A stretch of 64,000 nt of DNA from Octopus vulgaris (Eukaryota). Below the pieces are notes generated by a model. It was given only the letters and a program-made list of their open reading frames with translations, was not told where the DNA came from and did no database searches. The stretch is from NCBI GenBank assembly GCA_951406725.2, contig OX597815.1, positions 103,168,001 to 103,232,000 of the forward strand, read 5' to 3'. Positions 38,272 through 51,892 of this stretch are shown here, piece by piece (position 1 is the first letter of the stretch; the number at the start of each line of letters is the position of its first letter). Made by a program: the position numbers and the translations under genes.

Positions 38272-41200
38272 TTACGTTTGACTTTGCTTTGCATTTGTAC
38301 AAGTTGGCTCTAAGTCTCACCCAGTGACCTCACGAGAAAACAAATTCGAAGTTCATGTTGGCGTTATGCCTAGGGTGCCATATATTTGGTTTTGTACATT
38401 GTGTTGTTCTAGAGAATGTTTAAGAAATCACAAGAGAATTATGTGCTTGTTTTAACATTTGTGGTTACGTAGAAAGTATTTTGCGTTGGATATGGGTAGT
38501 TCTCATGGGAACTATCTTTTGAATTTCTGCCATTTTGGGATTTCCTGGTATCTGAGCTAGGTAGCAGTCAGCCCCTTTTGCTATCATTCCCAGGGCACCT
38601 ATAACAGCAGGTATTGTTTTAGGTTCCACATTTTACTACTTTCTACTTCAAGAACTTTATACTTCATTATTTACATTATTTACATTTGACGGATATTTGT
38701 CCTTATCTTGTTTGTTGTTAACCCAACGCTTCGGCTACTATACTCTCCAGCATTCATCAGGTGTCTTGGGGAAATCTTTATACTTGCTCAGTTTTTGGTA
38801 GGTCTTGACAAATACGTTTATATCGATTGGGGCAGTCATATCAATGAGGAGGCATGATTTTTTTTCTGAAGTCTTTCAATATGATGTCTGGCTTATTTGC
38901 ATCTATCTTTCTGTCAGTTTGAATGGTGAAATTCCAAAGGAGTGAGATGTGATTAAGTTCAAGCACTGGAGGTGTTTTGTGTTCCCACCAGTTTTTATAA
39001 TGGAGCAAATCCAGGTTTTTGCAAATTACCCAGTGAATATATTGTGAAGCTCTATCATATCTGTTGAAATACTCTGTAGGCGCCAGAAAACTGCACATGG
39101 AGACAACATGATCAATAGTTTAATTTAGTTGACATTCACGACATGTTGGGAAGCTGTCGCTCTTTAATATGTTGGCCTGGTAGTGCCTTGCAGGTAGGCA
39201 CTGATCTTGGGCTGCTATGATAAACACTTCTGTTTGAGATTTTAAGTCAGAAGCCAATAGCCATTGATGGGTAAGCGCTTTGTCACCATCGGCATTATTC
39301 GCTTTCCTTGGGAATTTGCCATTGAGAGGTTTTTCTTGCCATTTATCAGTCAGAATATTTAAGGTAGCAGTTTTAGCACGGGTTTTCATGCACTTAGCTT
39401 TTTCTGCGCTTGTTTCTTGAATGTCTAATTCCGGAATTTGTTGTATTTGGAATTCACTTAGATATTCCTTTGCCTGTTTTGTTACTGAGTATGATGCTTT
39501 CTTGTTTTCATGTTTTGAGACATGTTTTGACATCCAGTCCTCAGAGATTTTCAGGTAGGTGTTTAGGCCAATTGCGGCAATCTTTATTGTTAATGCCAGT
39601 TGTAAAAGTCCACGGCCTACCTCTATTCTTGGCAGGTAAAGTCGTTCTATATCTGCCTTAGGGTGGTGCATTCTATGCATTGTCAGCAGTTTTCGTATTT
39701 TCCTGTCAAGATTACATATTTCAGTAATTGACGAGTTAATGATATTGAAACTGTAAGTCACGACTGGTATGGCTAATGCATTAATCACTTCGATCCTGTT
39801 TCTTACTTTCAGTTCTGTCTTAAGTATTGCTCTCACCCTGCGATAACATTCACTTCTGATCCTTTCCCTCATCACTAAATGCCTGAATCCATCTCCTTCA
39901 TGTACCCATAGTTATTTGTAGATCTCCGCTGGTTCTAAATCTTTTATGACATTCTGCTGGACAATGTTAATGTTAGTTGTTTCTGTTATTTTTCCTTTGA
40001 TAAAGGTAGCTTTTGCACATTTATCGAGGCCTAATTGCATCCCGATCTCATCACTGAATTGTTTAGCAATCGCTAGTAAGCCCTTGAGTTGTTGGTCATT
40101 TTTTGCAAAGAGTTTTAAATCGTCCATGTAAATGAGATGATTTACATTTTTAACAAACATTTTATAAATGTACTGTGCATCATTGATCAATTTTGAGTGA
40201 GGTATTAAGGCTAGACAAAAGAGTAGTGATAGTGAGTCACCCTGTAAAATGCCACATGAAATTCTAACATCTCCAGCATTTAGAGATTCATTGTCACTGT
40301 TCAAAGTTAGTGTGGTTCTCCGTGATCTCATACTTACAGACAAAATGTTTCGCAGAATAGACGCCATTTTATACATTTTCAGATATTTCTTAATCCAGCT
40401 ATGTGGTACGCTATCAAAAGCTTTTTTATAGCCTATCCAGGCTGTTGACAAGTTTTTATGTCGTTTGTGACAATCTTCTATGATCAGCTTATTGATGAGT
40501 AGCTGATCTTTACGACCATAAGATCCGTGTTAACATCCTTTTTGCTCATTAGGGAATATGCTACTTTCTATTAAAAAACTGGAGGTATATTCAGTCAGGG
40601 TAGCTGTTAGGACTTTATATATTGTTGTTAAGCAGGTTGGGGTCTATAAGTTTTTGGTTCATTTGTTTCTTCATTTTTTGGAAGTAGGAATATTAAACCA
40701 TTAACTAGCCAAGAAGGCATCATACTAGGATATTGCAAAACATCGTTGTAAAGTTCTGTTAGCAGTCCATGGCTCTCTGGGAAGGCATTCAACCAGAATT
40801 TAGGAATTTTAGCCTTTCCTGGTGACTTCCATTTGCTTGACCTTCTGAGAGCAGATCTGATATCTTCTAATTTGACACCCTCCCACTTTTGCTCCTCTAA
40901 GAAGTCTAAGTTGTAGATATTCTAGCTATCCAAGTGGCCTTTTTTGTTGTGTTTTTTCTTCTACCAAATTTTATTCCAAAATTCCTGCCCTTCTTCTTTT
41001 GATGGGACAGAATTTACCGTAACTGGTGTTTTCCCTATCTTCCTGTAAAAGTTTTGTGGGATATTTTTGAACGTGTTGTTGTCCTTGAAGAATCTAACGC
41101 GCTTTTCATACCTTGCTATGCGGGCAGCTTTAGCACATACCTTTTCCTTGATGGTTTCTATGGCGGCATCAATGTCAAGTATGGTTGTCATGTATTTGTT

Positions 41201-41845
41201 CTTTAATTTTCGGGTTTTTGAGGATTTGGTAGTCTTGTCAAACTTAAGGTTTTTCAAATATTCTATGTCAGACCTAAGTAGCTTAATTTGGTGTTGAATA
41301 CGCTCTTGCCAAGAATGCATTTTGTGGGAATGTTGTCGTTTTCTAATCTTTTCACCACATAGAATCGTTGAGATTTTCGCGGATGCATAGTACAGGTGGT
41401 TGAGATCTGTGATATCAACATCATTAGCTCAGATTATATCCTTAAGTGCAAGGCGGATTTTATCAATTATTTTCAGGTTTTGTTTAGAATTGCGAATTTT
41501 TGGGAGAGTATCGCGTTCATTCATGCTGGTTTCTTTAATTTTCAGCCATTCAATCAAGATTTGATTAGATCATGTAGTTCTGTTGGGTCAATTTCTGTGT
41601 GACGTTCTTCATCTATTTAATTTTCATCTGCCTTAGTGTTTATGGTTGCTTCAGAGAGTATTTCACTTTGCCTATCTATTACATTAACTCTTTCAACCAT
41701 TACTACGTTTTCATCAGCCCTGGGCTGGTTTATAATTATTTAGCTGCAGCTTCGTTCTTTTTATCTCTCACTGCTTGTTTAATTTGTTAAAACTGATTTT
41801 TTTTCTTAATTCTTTTTTCTGACGTTGGCAAGTTTGTTGGCCAGT
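38272..41845 (-). mobile_element. Near full-length degenerate R4/Dong LINE (family B)
   Basis: ORF pieces 40961-41320, 39912-40451 (KAFDSVPH, GILQGDSLS, YMDDLKLF), 39120-39875 (GRGL, AAQDQCL, CREC), 38841-39098 (KPDIIL); 3' UTR then (TAA)n. Confidence 0.92.
38665..38775 (-). mobile_element. 111-bp hammerhead-containing retro-insertion with 10-bp TSD
   Basis: ctttatactt duplicated at 38655-38664 and 38776-38785; minus strand acac-CTGATGA..gcc-GAAG-cgtt; (tgtaaataa) tail repeats. Confidence 0.75.
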
Positions 41846-41847
41846 GA

Positions 41848-42595
41848 ACTAAGGTAACACCTCTTACTTTTCGAGCATCTTCCGGAGTATTCGAGCGGTT
41901 CCAAGCTGTGCTGTTTTCTGCAAGTGCTCCACCCTTATTGCAGCCCCTATTTGTTCCATGTACTTCTCGATATTTTTACTCACTCTTCCCAGGGCTCCGA
42001 CCATTATTGGTACTACCGCTACCTTTTTTCATCAACCACAACTGCATAACTCCCCAAGCTAACCTGTCATATCTCTCAACTTTTTTTTTTCCTTATCGCA
42101 TACCATGTTTTCAGCTGGGCATGCTATATCTATGATCGAGCATGGTTTGTTTTCTTTCTCCGTTAAGACTACGTCCGGCTTCCTATTCTCTATCTCGTGG
42201 TCGCGCTGAATCATAAAATCCCACAGGATCTTTGCATTTCTATTTTCGACGATGCCTTCAGGTTTGTGGTCGCACCAATTTTTGGTCCTGTCAAGTCCAT
42301 ACATGTTGCAGAGTTTCCAGTGGCTATATTGTCATGGCGTCTCTTATATTCCTTCTGAACTAGTGGCGTATATTGGCTGGTAATATGCCATACGGTTTCA
42401 CCATTTTGTTCGCAGATTCTGCACTTATCACTGTCTGCTGTGTTGTTTATTCTGTATTTTATATAGTTTGTTCTTAGTGCTTGCTCTTGGGTAGCACAGA
42501 TTAGAGCCTCCGTTTCCGGTTTTAAATCACTTTTAGTCATCCACAGCCATTTTTTCTCTGTGTTCACATCCAATAAGTCCTCTTCCCCTCTTTTT
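41848..42595 (-). mobile_element. R4/Dong family C 3' fragment
   Basis: LKPETEALICATQEQALRT, CRIC..ETVWH, RRHD, ILWDF, KPDVV, IIDIACP, GTARILRKMLEK*. Confidence 0.88.
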
Positions 42596-42663
42596 CTTGG
42601 TAATGCAGTCTATTGTTGTTGTTATTATTATTATTATTGTTGTTGTTGTTGTTGTTACTATTA

Positions 42664-42872
42664 AGGCGGCGAGCTGGCAGAATCGTTAGCACGCCAGTTG
42701 AAATGCTTAGCGGCATTTCGTCCGTCCTTACATTCTGCGTTCAAATTCCGCTGACTTTGCCTTTTCATCCTTTCGGACTCAGGAAATTAAGTAGTAGTGA
42801 AGCACTGAGGTCGATGTAATCGACTAGCCCCCTCCGCCAAGATTTCCGGCCTTGTGCCTTTAAGTAGAAAGG
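42664..42872 (+). mobile_element. tRNA-derived SINE family B
   Basis: aggcggcgagctggcagaatcgttagc, gttcaaattcc, ggccttgtgcc..agaaagg(att)n. Confidence 0.85.
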
Positions 42873-42968
<96 letters not shown>

Positions 42969-43045
42969 ATTGTTGTTGATGTTGTTGTTGTTGCTGTTGT
43001 TTTTGCTATTACTATTATTATATATTATTATTATTATTATCATAC

Positions 43046-43206
43046 AGATGCTAAATGACGGTAAAACATTCGGTACAATGGCTGCATGGTAGTCTACTTG
43101 AATGTGGACGCACAGTTGATCAGGAGAGGTTGCACTAGTTGGGGAAACAAATAACATGTTTAAGAAAAATGTGATGTGCAACTCTACAAACCGTACATTT
43201 GTTACC
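43046..43206 (-). other. Candidate host exon (161 nt)
   Basis: ttgctgttcag acceptor, GTATGA donor, open frame VTNVRFVELHITFF..DQLCVHIQVDY..; no recognised homology. Confidence 0.25.
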
Positions 43207-44906
43207 CTGAACAGCAATAGTAGAAATTTACATACTGTGCTATATCTTATTTATATTTTAGGGTAGTTTATGATATGACATATACGTTTGAAATATAAAT
43301 TGCAACTTTTGAAGCATGTCTTACAAAAATGTTATGGTTGAGTTAACAAATATCTCATTGCCTATATTTGTCAAGTCAACCCGTAACATATCACATGCGG
43401 CAATTTATTTTTGGAGTATTTTACATATATTTTCAGATGTGTTTGAAAGAAAATACTCATGGCATTTTGTTCTTCTATATCAGAATGTCACTATTGTCGA
43501 TCTGCAAATATTTTGCACTCGTGTATATTAGTTGTTGTCAACATGTAATACGTCGAAATAAATTTGTTGTATGCTTTATTCTACCGTTCATGTTATCAAC
43601 GTAATGCGTTACTACTAGGATATTCTAATCTGTAAACAAGCGAAAAGAATGTTCATTAATCCTTGATAAGAAACAAACTATATTCTTATCAAGAATTACC
43701 ACATAATTTTATACAGACAGAAATTCTTATTTATGCATACAATATAATGAAAGCTATACAAAAATAAAGTGCCGCCTCTCTAAGCGCCTCCATTAATTAC
43801 AAAACCAAATAGATACCTTCTAAACGACTTGTATTTAAAACTGAAATTGTATTTAAAGCAATAAAAACCGATTAAAGAAAGCATATAAAAGCGAGGCTAT
43901 AACATTTAGATTACCTATTCGCCAACATCTCCTCATGGAAATTGATTTCAAATATCATTCATTTCACACGTGACCGAAAGGGTTCAGTTTCTCAATGTTT
44001 TTACTGGTCACTAATCCACAAACGTGGTGTCTACATTCCGTAACGAATTTCTATTGTGAGGATTTCAACTAAAATTTTATATTTTGTATTCAAGAAGAGA
44101 CCTGTATGGCCTGAATTTTTAAGGATCGTTAGCCTTTCGGCCAAACTAAGGTTTCATCATCTGCTTCCGATGAAGTATGACCCAGTTATTTTCAGCAACT
44201 TATAGTTTGTCTTGTATAGCGTTCCCTCATCTTTAAATCGTCACGTAGTTGCGCTTCTCTGAGACCCTAAAATAGGATCTCTAGTTACTTAGCTTAGCCT
44301 CAAAGGAACTCTGCGATGTTGCAACATATTTCCAACTATATGTCCTGTTTTCGCTTTCACTTTGTTGTTTTTACCCCTACATGAGCATGCTTCTTCTATG
44401 CGAGGTGCTGGGGCGTTAACTAATAACTTTGTTACACTATTAGCACAATTGAATGACAACCTTAAGATATGTTTATTGAAAAATCCGTTACACCTGTGGG
44501 ACTGTTTGAAATACTGACCTTCTAGTTACTGGTATGCTCATCCTAGGCAGGTTTTGACGTTCGATGAAATGTGTGGGGCAGGCCAAAGGATCTTATTGGG
44601 GTGCTTACTTTTTTGCGTGTTAAATCCCACTATATAGGTGATGCGACCGTGGTCACCTGACAGTTGTCAGAGCACCTTTGTAACAGGGGGCGGTATATAC
44701 TGATATTGATACTGGGGCATTGCAGATTTAAAACAGAAAATTCAAGTTATTGAATATTGAAACACCTGTGGGATTTTGGCCCAACCTGTATATATGTATA
44801 CATATATATATATATATATATATATAATAATATAATATATATATGGAATAAATGTGTGGAATAAATATACTATTAAATTAGTATCTAATTCTCTCACCCT
44901 TATTAA

Positions 44907-44986
<80 letters not shown>

Positions 44987-45094
44987 ATATGTATGTATGT
45001 ATGTAAGTGTGTATATATATATATATATATATATACACCTAATATATACATATATGTACATATATATATGTATATATATATATATATATATATT

Positions 45095-46075
45095 TGTAAA
45101 TTATATAACTATCAAAAAGTATTAAAAGTTTAATATAAGATAAATAGTAAAAACACTACGATCGTTTAATGCCCGTAACCAATTCGAATAACAATAATTT
45201 AAATTCAATTAATAATTCGAATTTTGGTTACAGTCAATCTTCAGGTTAATTGTAATATTTTAAAAAGTAAACAGAAATATTTAAACAATATTTTAAAGAA
45301 ATAAATCATATAGTAATTTTACTTATAAAAAACTCTATTATCAAACTAGAAACTTAACGATTAAATCAAAACATCAATTATAATGTTAAATATTAATTTT
45401 AATTTTTAAGTATTAATTTTTAAGGTAAGAAACCCACCAATAATCTAATATCGGTAATAGTCAATATCTAATTACATAAATATTTTACAAAAAAACTATT
45501 ATATTACTAAAAATATAAAATTCAAATAATATATAAATTATCAATGAAAATATATAAATGTATATAAATATTATAATTAAGATCTAAACTAATCTCTATA
45601 AATATATATATGCACATACAATAAAGACCTAATAAATTAACTTTTCATATTTATAGATGAAATAGCTAATTTCAAAAAAACAAACAAACAATCTTAAACG
45701 AACGCTATATCAAATTAACTATCTTTATATCTCGTTGGCTAAATAATAACTTTCAGAAATGTTATATTTAAAATACTTAAGGGAAATAATCAATTCGTAG
45801 TTATATAGTATCAAATAAATTCTATAAATATATTTATCAATGGGAATAATAAATCTAGCAAATATCAATTTAAAAAGACAATAGATAAGTTAAAATAATA
45901 ATTATAAGAAATTTAAAACTACAATTAATGCTATTAATACATGTATATACATAAACCTAACTTCAAACAACTAGTATACTTGCTATCAAACAACATATCT
46001 ATCGCTAAGTAAATTCTTACGAATAAACTTAAAGTTAATATCTAATAATTATAAAGAAAATTACGATAATTAGAT
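45095..46075 (-). mobile_element. Very AT-rich PLE pseudo-LTR/3' region with hammerhead-like motif (45153-45250)
   Basis: Minus strand CTGAAGA, long stem II (gtaaccaa..ttcgaat/attcgaa..ttggttac), TAAA instead of GAAA, cgatcgta. Confidence 0.55.
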
Positions 46076-46329
46076 CATTACATATATATATATATATACG
46101 TATATACAAATGTATATATATTCTAATGCATATATATGTGTAAGTATATATGTGTATATATAAGTATATATGTGTAAGTATGCGCATATATGTATATGCG
46201 TTTGTATTTGTAATTGTGTACCATTTCTCCGTTTTTGCGTCCTTTTTGTATCGTCTAACTGTCCAAATGTCTTGTTGTCGCCTGTTAGCTCTTTGTTCCA
46301 TTCTTTGTTTTGTATGTATATATATATAT

Positions 46330-46345
46330 ATAGATAGATAGATAT

Positions 46346-46421
<76 letters not shown>

Positions 46422-46435
46422 GTAGATAGAATAGA

Positions 46436-46513
<78 letters not shown>
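46330..46513 (+). repeat. (GATA)n microsatellite
   Basis: Direct reading. Confidence 0.95.
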
Positions 46514-46514
<1 letters not shown>

Positions 46515-46859
46515 TTAGACAACATGAGATAACAAATTCAAGGTTGTGAGAAGTTTTCAGAACATTTATAAAGAAACAGATATAGATATAGTCTTATAGC
46601 TGCTTCTGGGATATTATGGCTCTCTCTTCATCAGAGCGTGTGTAAGTGCGTATGTGTGTGTTGGGGTAGGGGTTTACGGAGATAGGCACAAAGATTATTT
46701 CATTCTCTCTTTATTGTTATTTAGTTATGCATTTACTACTTGAACGATATATCGAGCATACAATTTTTAAAAAATATATGAAATATCCTCGTGACAATGT
46801 CATGATTAATATTCAACCTAGAACAATTCAGATGAAAATATTATTCTCAAAAGATATAT

Positions 46860-47418
46860 AAATTCAAAGCCCTTTGACCTGTCACTAATTTTTGTTTTCG
46901 GCGCGAAATTCCCGATTCAGGATCGTTCGGTGACATAGTACCGAAGAATCCAATTCTTCGCGCACTACAGATCCGATACTGTCGCATTGACTGAATGTCC
47001 TCCATCCAACTTTTCAAAACGCCACAGTAGAACTCTCAGTTGACAGTCTGGTCCTGGGGGTTGCATTTCCAGGAATGACGCTCGTGGCAGGTCTTCCAGG
47101 GATGTTCATCTACATCCGAAGCACCTGTGCCACTAGAAACATTGCGTACGACTCATTGCCTGGTCGTTGTATGTTTGCCGAAACTTGCACAAAATTTCAC
47201 GTAGACTCTTTGTTTATATCCTTGAGAAAATCGCAGACTACACCAGAAACGTGATCGCAAAATCAAAATGTTCACGACTTCCAAAGTAAGCAGGGCAATG
47301 TCACTCGACACACTGCCTCATGGTGGTCATTGCTAGCTCTCAATGCGCACGCAACCATGCGCTGCCATGTGTTAACACGCTACAGAACTATTCCGGGAAC
47401 TTTTTGATACCATCTCGA
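46860..47418 (-). mobile_element. mariner relic (5' TIR and HTH region)
   Basis: TIR-like cgagatggtatcaaaaagttcccgga; QRVYVKFC, MSRTQCF*WHRCF. Confidence 0.65.
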
Positions 47419-47529
47419 GTGTGTCTGTGTGTTTATATATGTACATCCGGAAGGGTTTGCGCATATGTATACATGTATGAATTATGCATGCATGCATGTA
47501 TTTGTTGTGCTTGTACCTGTGTATGTGTA

Positions 47530-47786
47530 TCTTTATCTTTTATATTTTATTTGCTTCAGTTATTTGAATGCAGCCATGCTGGGACACCGCCTTGAGGAAT
47601 ATTTAGTTGAATGAATTGATCGTAGTACTTATTTTGTTAAACGCGGTACGTTTTCTATTGAGCTTTATTACCGAATCACCAAGTCACGGGGAGGGCGCGT
47701 AAACATCCGAGCACCAATTCAAGCGGTAGCAAGGGAGAAATACATACACAGAGGTACACACGCACATACACAAACACAAATACACA

Positions 47787-47824
<38 letters not shown>

Positions 47825-47970
47825 TACACACAGAAAGTTTCGTCTACCAAATTCATGGACAAAGCTTTTGTTACCTTCAAGCTCTAGTAGAAGACACTAT
47901 AGTAGTGAGAGTGAACCTAGATCCATGTGATTGAGAAGCAGATGTCTTAGATCAGAGCCACACCTGCGCC
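47530..47970 (-). mobile_element. tRNA-derived SINE family A (diverged)
   Basis: Homologous to 21561-22030 and 24325-24660. Confidence 0.75.
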
Positions 47971-49039
47971 TATAGTAAGAAAAATCTGCATTCACAATCA
48001 TTAAATAAGACTTGATTACAGAGAAACTAACACCTGATGTGCAGTATTAAATATTCTTCCTTGAAGACAACGGAAAACATTTTCCTATGAGGTAACGCAT
48101 TTCAATTTTGATGATTTACTTCAGTTTAGTGGCAAAAACAATTTTTTTATATATATGTTTCCCCAACTGTCAAGTTTAATTTTGACATGCCCCATACGCA
48201 CATGTAATTAAACAGCTATGCACGGTTTTCAAGAACTTTAATTTTACATAAATTCGATGATGTAAGTAATCACCTAAATGTACCTGAGCATTACTGACGT
48301 TATATATATGTATGAATAGAGAAATATGCCTGCTGGTAAAAGGAAGAACTGTTTACATAATTAAATGAATTTTACATATAATTCTCATTATACACCTCTG
48401 ATATGCGCTGAGATATTGAGAGATACAAAGGTAAATGAAAGCAAAAATACTAGAACTGTACGAAAAAGAGATTGCAGATATGTAGTAGGGTTACACGTGT
48501 GCGTGTGTGCGTGCACGTCTATGATATGTGTGCAAGGGTGTTTATGCATGCCTATACACATGAGTTTGTGCAAAGTTAAACGTGTGCGTGGATGTATTGC
48601 CTGTAATTCCGATTCCTTATAATACAATCTGCAATAAATTTCTAGGATCGCCTTCTAGATTGGTCAATATTGACGATACCATGGATTCCGTATTTTAGAG
48701 AACATTAATTCTAAAGTTTCAAGCATTTAATCTAACGAAATGCAATAATTTGACGGGAAAAACAAAATTTATAGAGCATCAGTTCTAGAATTATATATAA
48801 TCTAACAAAAGAATGAAATACAGAGGAGATAAAACACAATTTATAAGGCCTCACTCTCAGTATCCCTAATCGCTCATCATATATACTGAAGCAAAAATTC
48901 AATAAAAGAATTGTAAATCACCCCAACACGCAGCACTTTTTTCATATCTCCTTTTTCCATGCGAATAATGTCAAGGATATATGTATGTGTTTATGTATGC
49001 ATGTGCGTTTCTGTCAATCTGTCTATTTATCGCTCTCTT

Positions 49040-49105
<66 letters not shown>

Positions 49106-49230
49106 TATGTATGTATATAAGCATGTGTATGTATATATATATGTATATATATATATGTATGTATGTGTATATATATATATATGTATACATATGTATATAT
49201 ATGTATGTATATAAATATACATTTATATGC

Positions 49231-49273
<43 letters not shown>

Positions 49274-50296
49274 CGCACATCTACATGCAAGCATAAGCAC
49301 GTATGTGTGTGATTGTGCGCGCGCCCGAGCGTGTGTGTGTATACATATATGTTTGTGTGTGTGTGTGTGTGTGTGAGTGTTTGTGTATGTGATTGTGTTT
49401 GTTTAAAAGAAGTCTCATATATGTGTTTGTTCGAAGCCATATTTTTGTGTACGTGAGTGTAACAGAGATATGAATGCTGGAGAGGAAAAGTGAGGTGATG
49501 GTGATGGGGGATAGATTAATTGTATGAGATTAGTAATGTATTTATGCATGTATGTATATTGGAAAACATTTCAGTGTTTGTCAAATTAGAGAAAATAAGA
49601 AAAAAGTAACAAGAAACAAAAATATGAAGATACACATGCTTCCTAGACGGAGTTTTAAAACAAAAATATAACAAAATATGTGGAATCTTTGAATTTGATT
49701 TATTCATTGAGGGGAGCATTTCTATCGATCGATCACATCTGCCAATATATATAATCAAATTTAACAGATATTAAGATATGGGACAATGAAATCGTGAACT
49801 ACAGAGGCTTAGAAATAACTTTGGAAAATGATTGTATGTATATATGAAAGTATCTATATATGTAAGACGGCTTGTATATGCGCGTATACATATAGGCATA
49901 CATATTAAGAAAATGTCGCGTCTATATGTGTGTATGCGTGCATTTGTGCATGTGCGCGTGTTAAGCACTCTTATGTACATGTTTGTATGTACATAAAGAA
50001 GATAGCATGCTATTCATCGTATTAGTTTTCAATTCTTTTGTTTTCTGAGAGGAGGAATTTCCTAATAAAATTAGGATGAATTTATGTTAAAATAAAAATT
50101 CAGGGTTATCATAGTAATATTGCTAATCTATAAGTCTGATTGAGACAAACGATTGACGTGTAAATATAACCAGTAAAAATGTAGAAAAAATTTAAAGAAT
50201 TAATTAGAAATATATCACTCTGTGCAGATACAAACACACGTATAGGGGAACACATATAAGAAATGTATACAAGATATTTTAATATGTGTGTGTCTC

Positions 50297-50352
<56 letters not shown>

Positions 50353-50355
<3 letters not shown>

Positions 50356-51279
50356 GGTGTTTCAAAAAATGTAATATCATTTCGCCATCTAATAACTTTG
50401 CCAGTTCTTGTTCTTGTTCAAATGTTTGAAATTCTAACAGCATGTGTAGAAACGGGACAAAATTTATGCTTCATTTTTGGTATGTTTATATTTTTAGGTA
50501 TAGAAATGCCATTCACTTGAAGAGAAAAACCTTTTTATGTGTTCGAGTATGCTCGAAAACAGTCGAACAAGATTGTGCAGCGTGCATTTATGAGAGAGTT
50601 CTCTAAAAAGTAACCAACTGCAATGCAGATTTGAACATGACACAAATAATTCAAAGAGAAAGGCTGTCTGTGCAGGGCAAAAGGATCTGGATGACCACTA
50701 ACATCGGAAGAGACGGTCGAACGGGTTTTCCAAAAACTCTACCGAAGCCCTAAGATCTCCGTAAGAAGAATAAGTCTGGGAACCGAGATTCCTCCGACGA
50801 CAGTCTGGCGCATACTTAGGAATCGCTTGCTAATGAAACCCTACAAGTTTGTTCAGGCCATAACGGCAAATGGCAAGCGAAAGCCCAAACAATTCTGTAT
50901 TGATATGCAAGAGAAACATGAAAACGTTGAGTTCAATGAATGTCTTGTTTTCAGTGATGTGGCCACATTTCATACGAATGGCAAAGCCAGTAAGCATAAT
51001 GTTCGCATCTGGGGCGAAGAAGATCCTCATGCCACAATTGAGCATTAGAGGGACTCACCAAAAGTGAATACGTCCTGTGCTATCTCTAAGAAGCATTTAT
51101 ATTAACTTTTTTTGTGAAATCGTTCATGGAATCCACATAACTTTGAATTTCTCATTCAAATTTGGAGGAATAAATCTTATGTTACTCAACGTTAAGCCTA
51201 TTTAGATTCATTTGCTTTGACTACGTAATTTCTGTGATATTTACATCTCAAATAATATTAAATTTTTTGAAACACCCTG
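50353..51279 (+). mobile_element. Tc1/mariner element (DD41D/rosa-like), internally deleted
   Basis: TIRs cagggtgtttcaaaaaat / attttttgaaacaccctg with TA flanks; ATG 50506; SVRRIS..TTVWRILRNRLLMKPYK; FSDVATFHTNGKASKHNVRIWG. Confidence 0.88.
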
Positions 51280-51382
51280 TATATATATATGAATGTATGC
51301 ACACATATATATATGTATATATATATATGCATATTAAAATCAGAATGAGGGTAAAAAGATTGGATATTAATTTAATAACTAT

Positions 51383-51606
51383 TTCTTTACTACCCACAAG
51401 GAGCTAAACACAGAGGGGACAAACAAGGACAGACGAACGGATTAAGTCGATTACATCGACCCCAGTACGTAACTGGTACTTTATTTATCGACCCCGAAAG
51501 GATGAAAGGCAAAGTCGACCTCGGCGGAATTTGAACTCAGAACGCAGCGGCGGACGAAATACCACAAAGCATTTCGCCCGGCGTTCTAACTTTTTCTGCC
51601 AGCTCT
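51383..51606 (-). mobile_element. SINE family B with a variant 3' tail
   Basis: Box B gagttcaaattcc on minus; tail ttgtcccctctgtgtttagctccttgtgggtagtaaagaa. Confidence 0.85.
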
Positions 51607-51844
51607 TCGACTTAACACCAGTGGTTTAGCGCATATAAAACTGACATTCAGTAAATATTATTAATACATAAATATGAGAGAGAATCCACTATATTCTTGA
51701 GAACAATTCTTAGTGGTTGAGACTCAGGCGGATCTCTCTTTAACGTAATGGCGTCCACATAGTGGATTCTCTCTCATAATTTTGTATATATATGCATATA
51801 TATTTATGCATACACATACACAGATATATAATGCATACACACAC

Positions 51845-51892
<48 letters not shown>

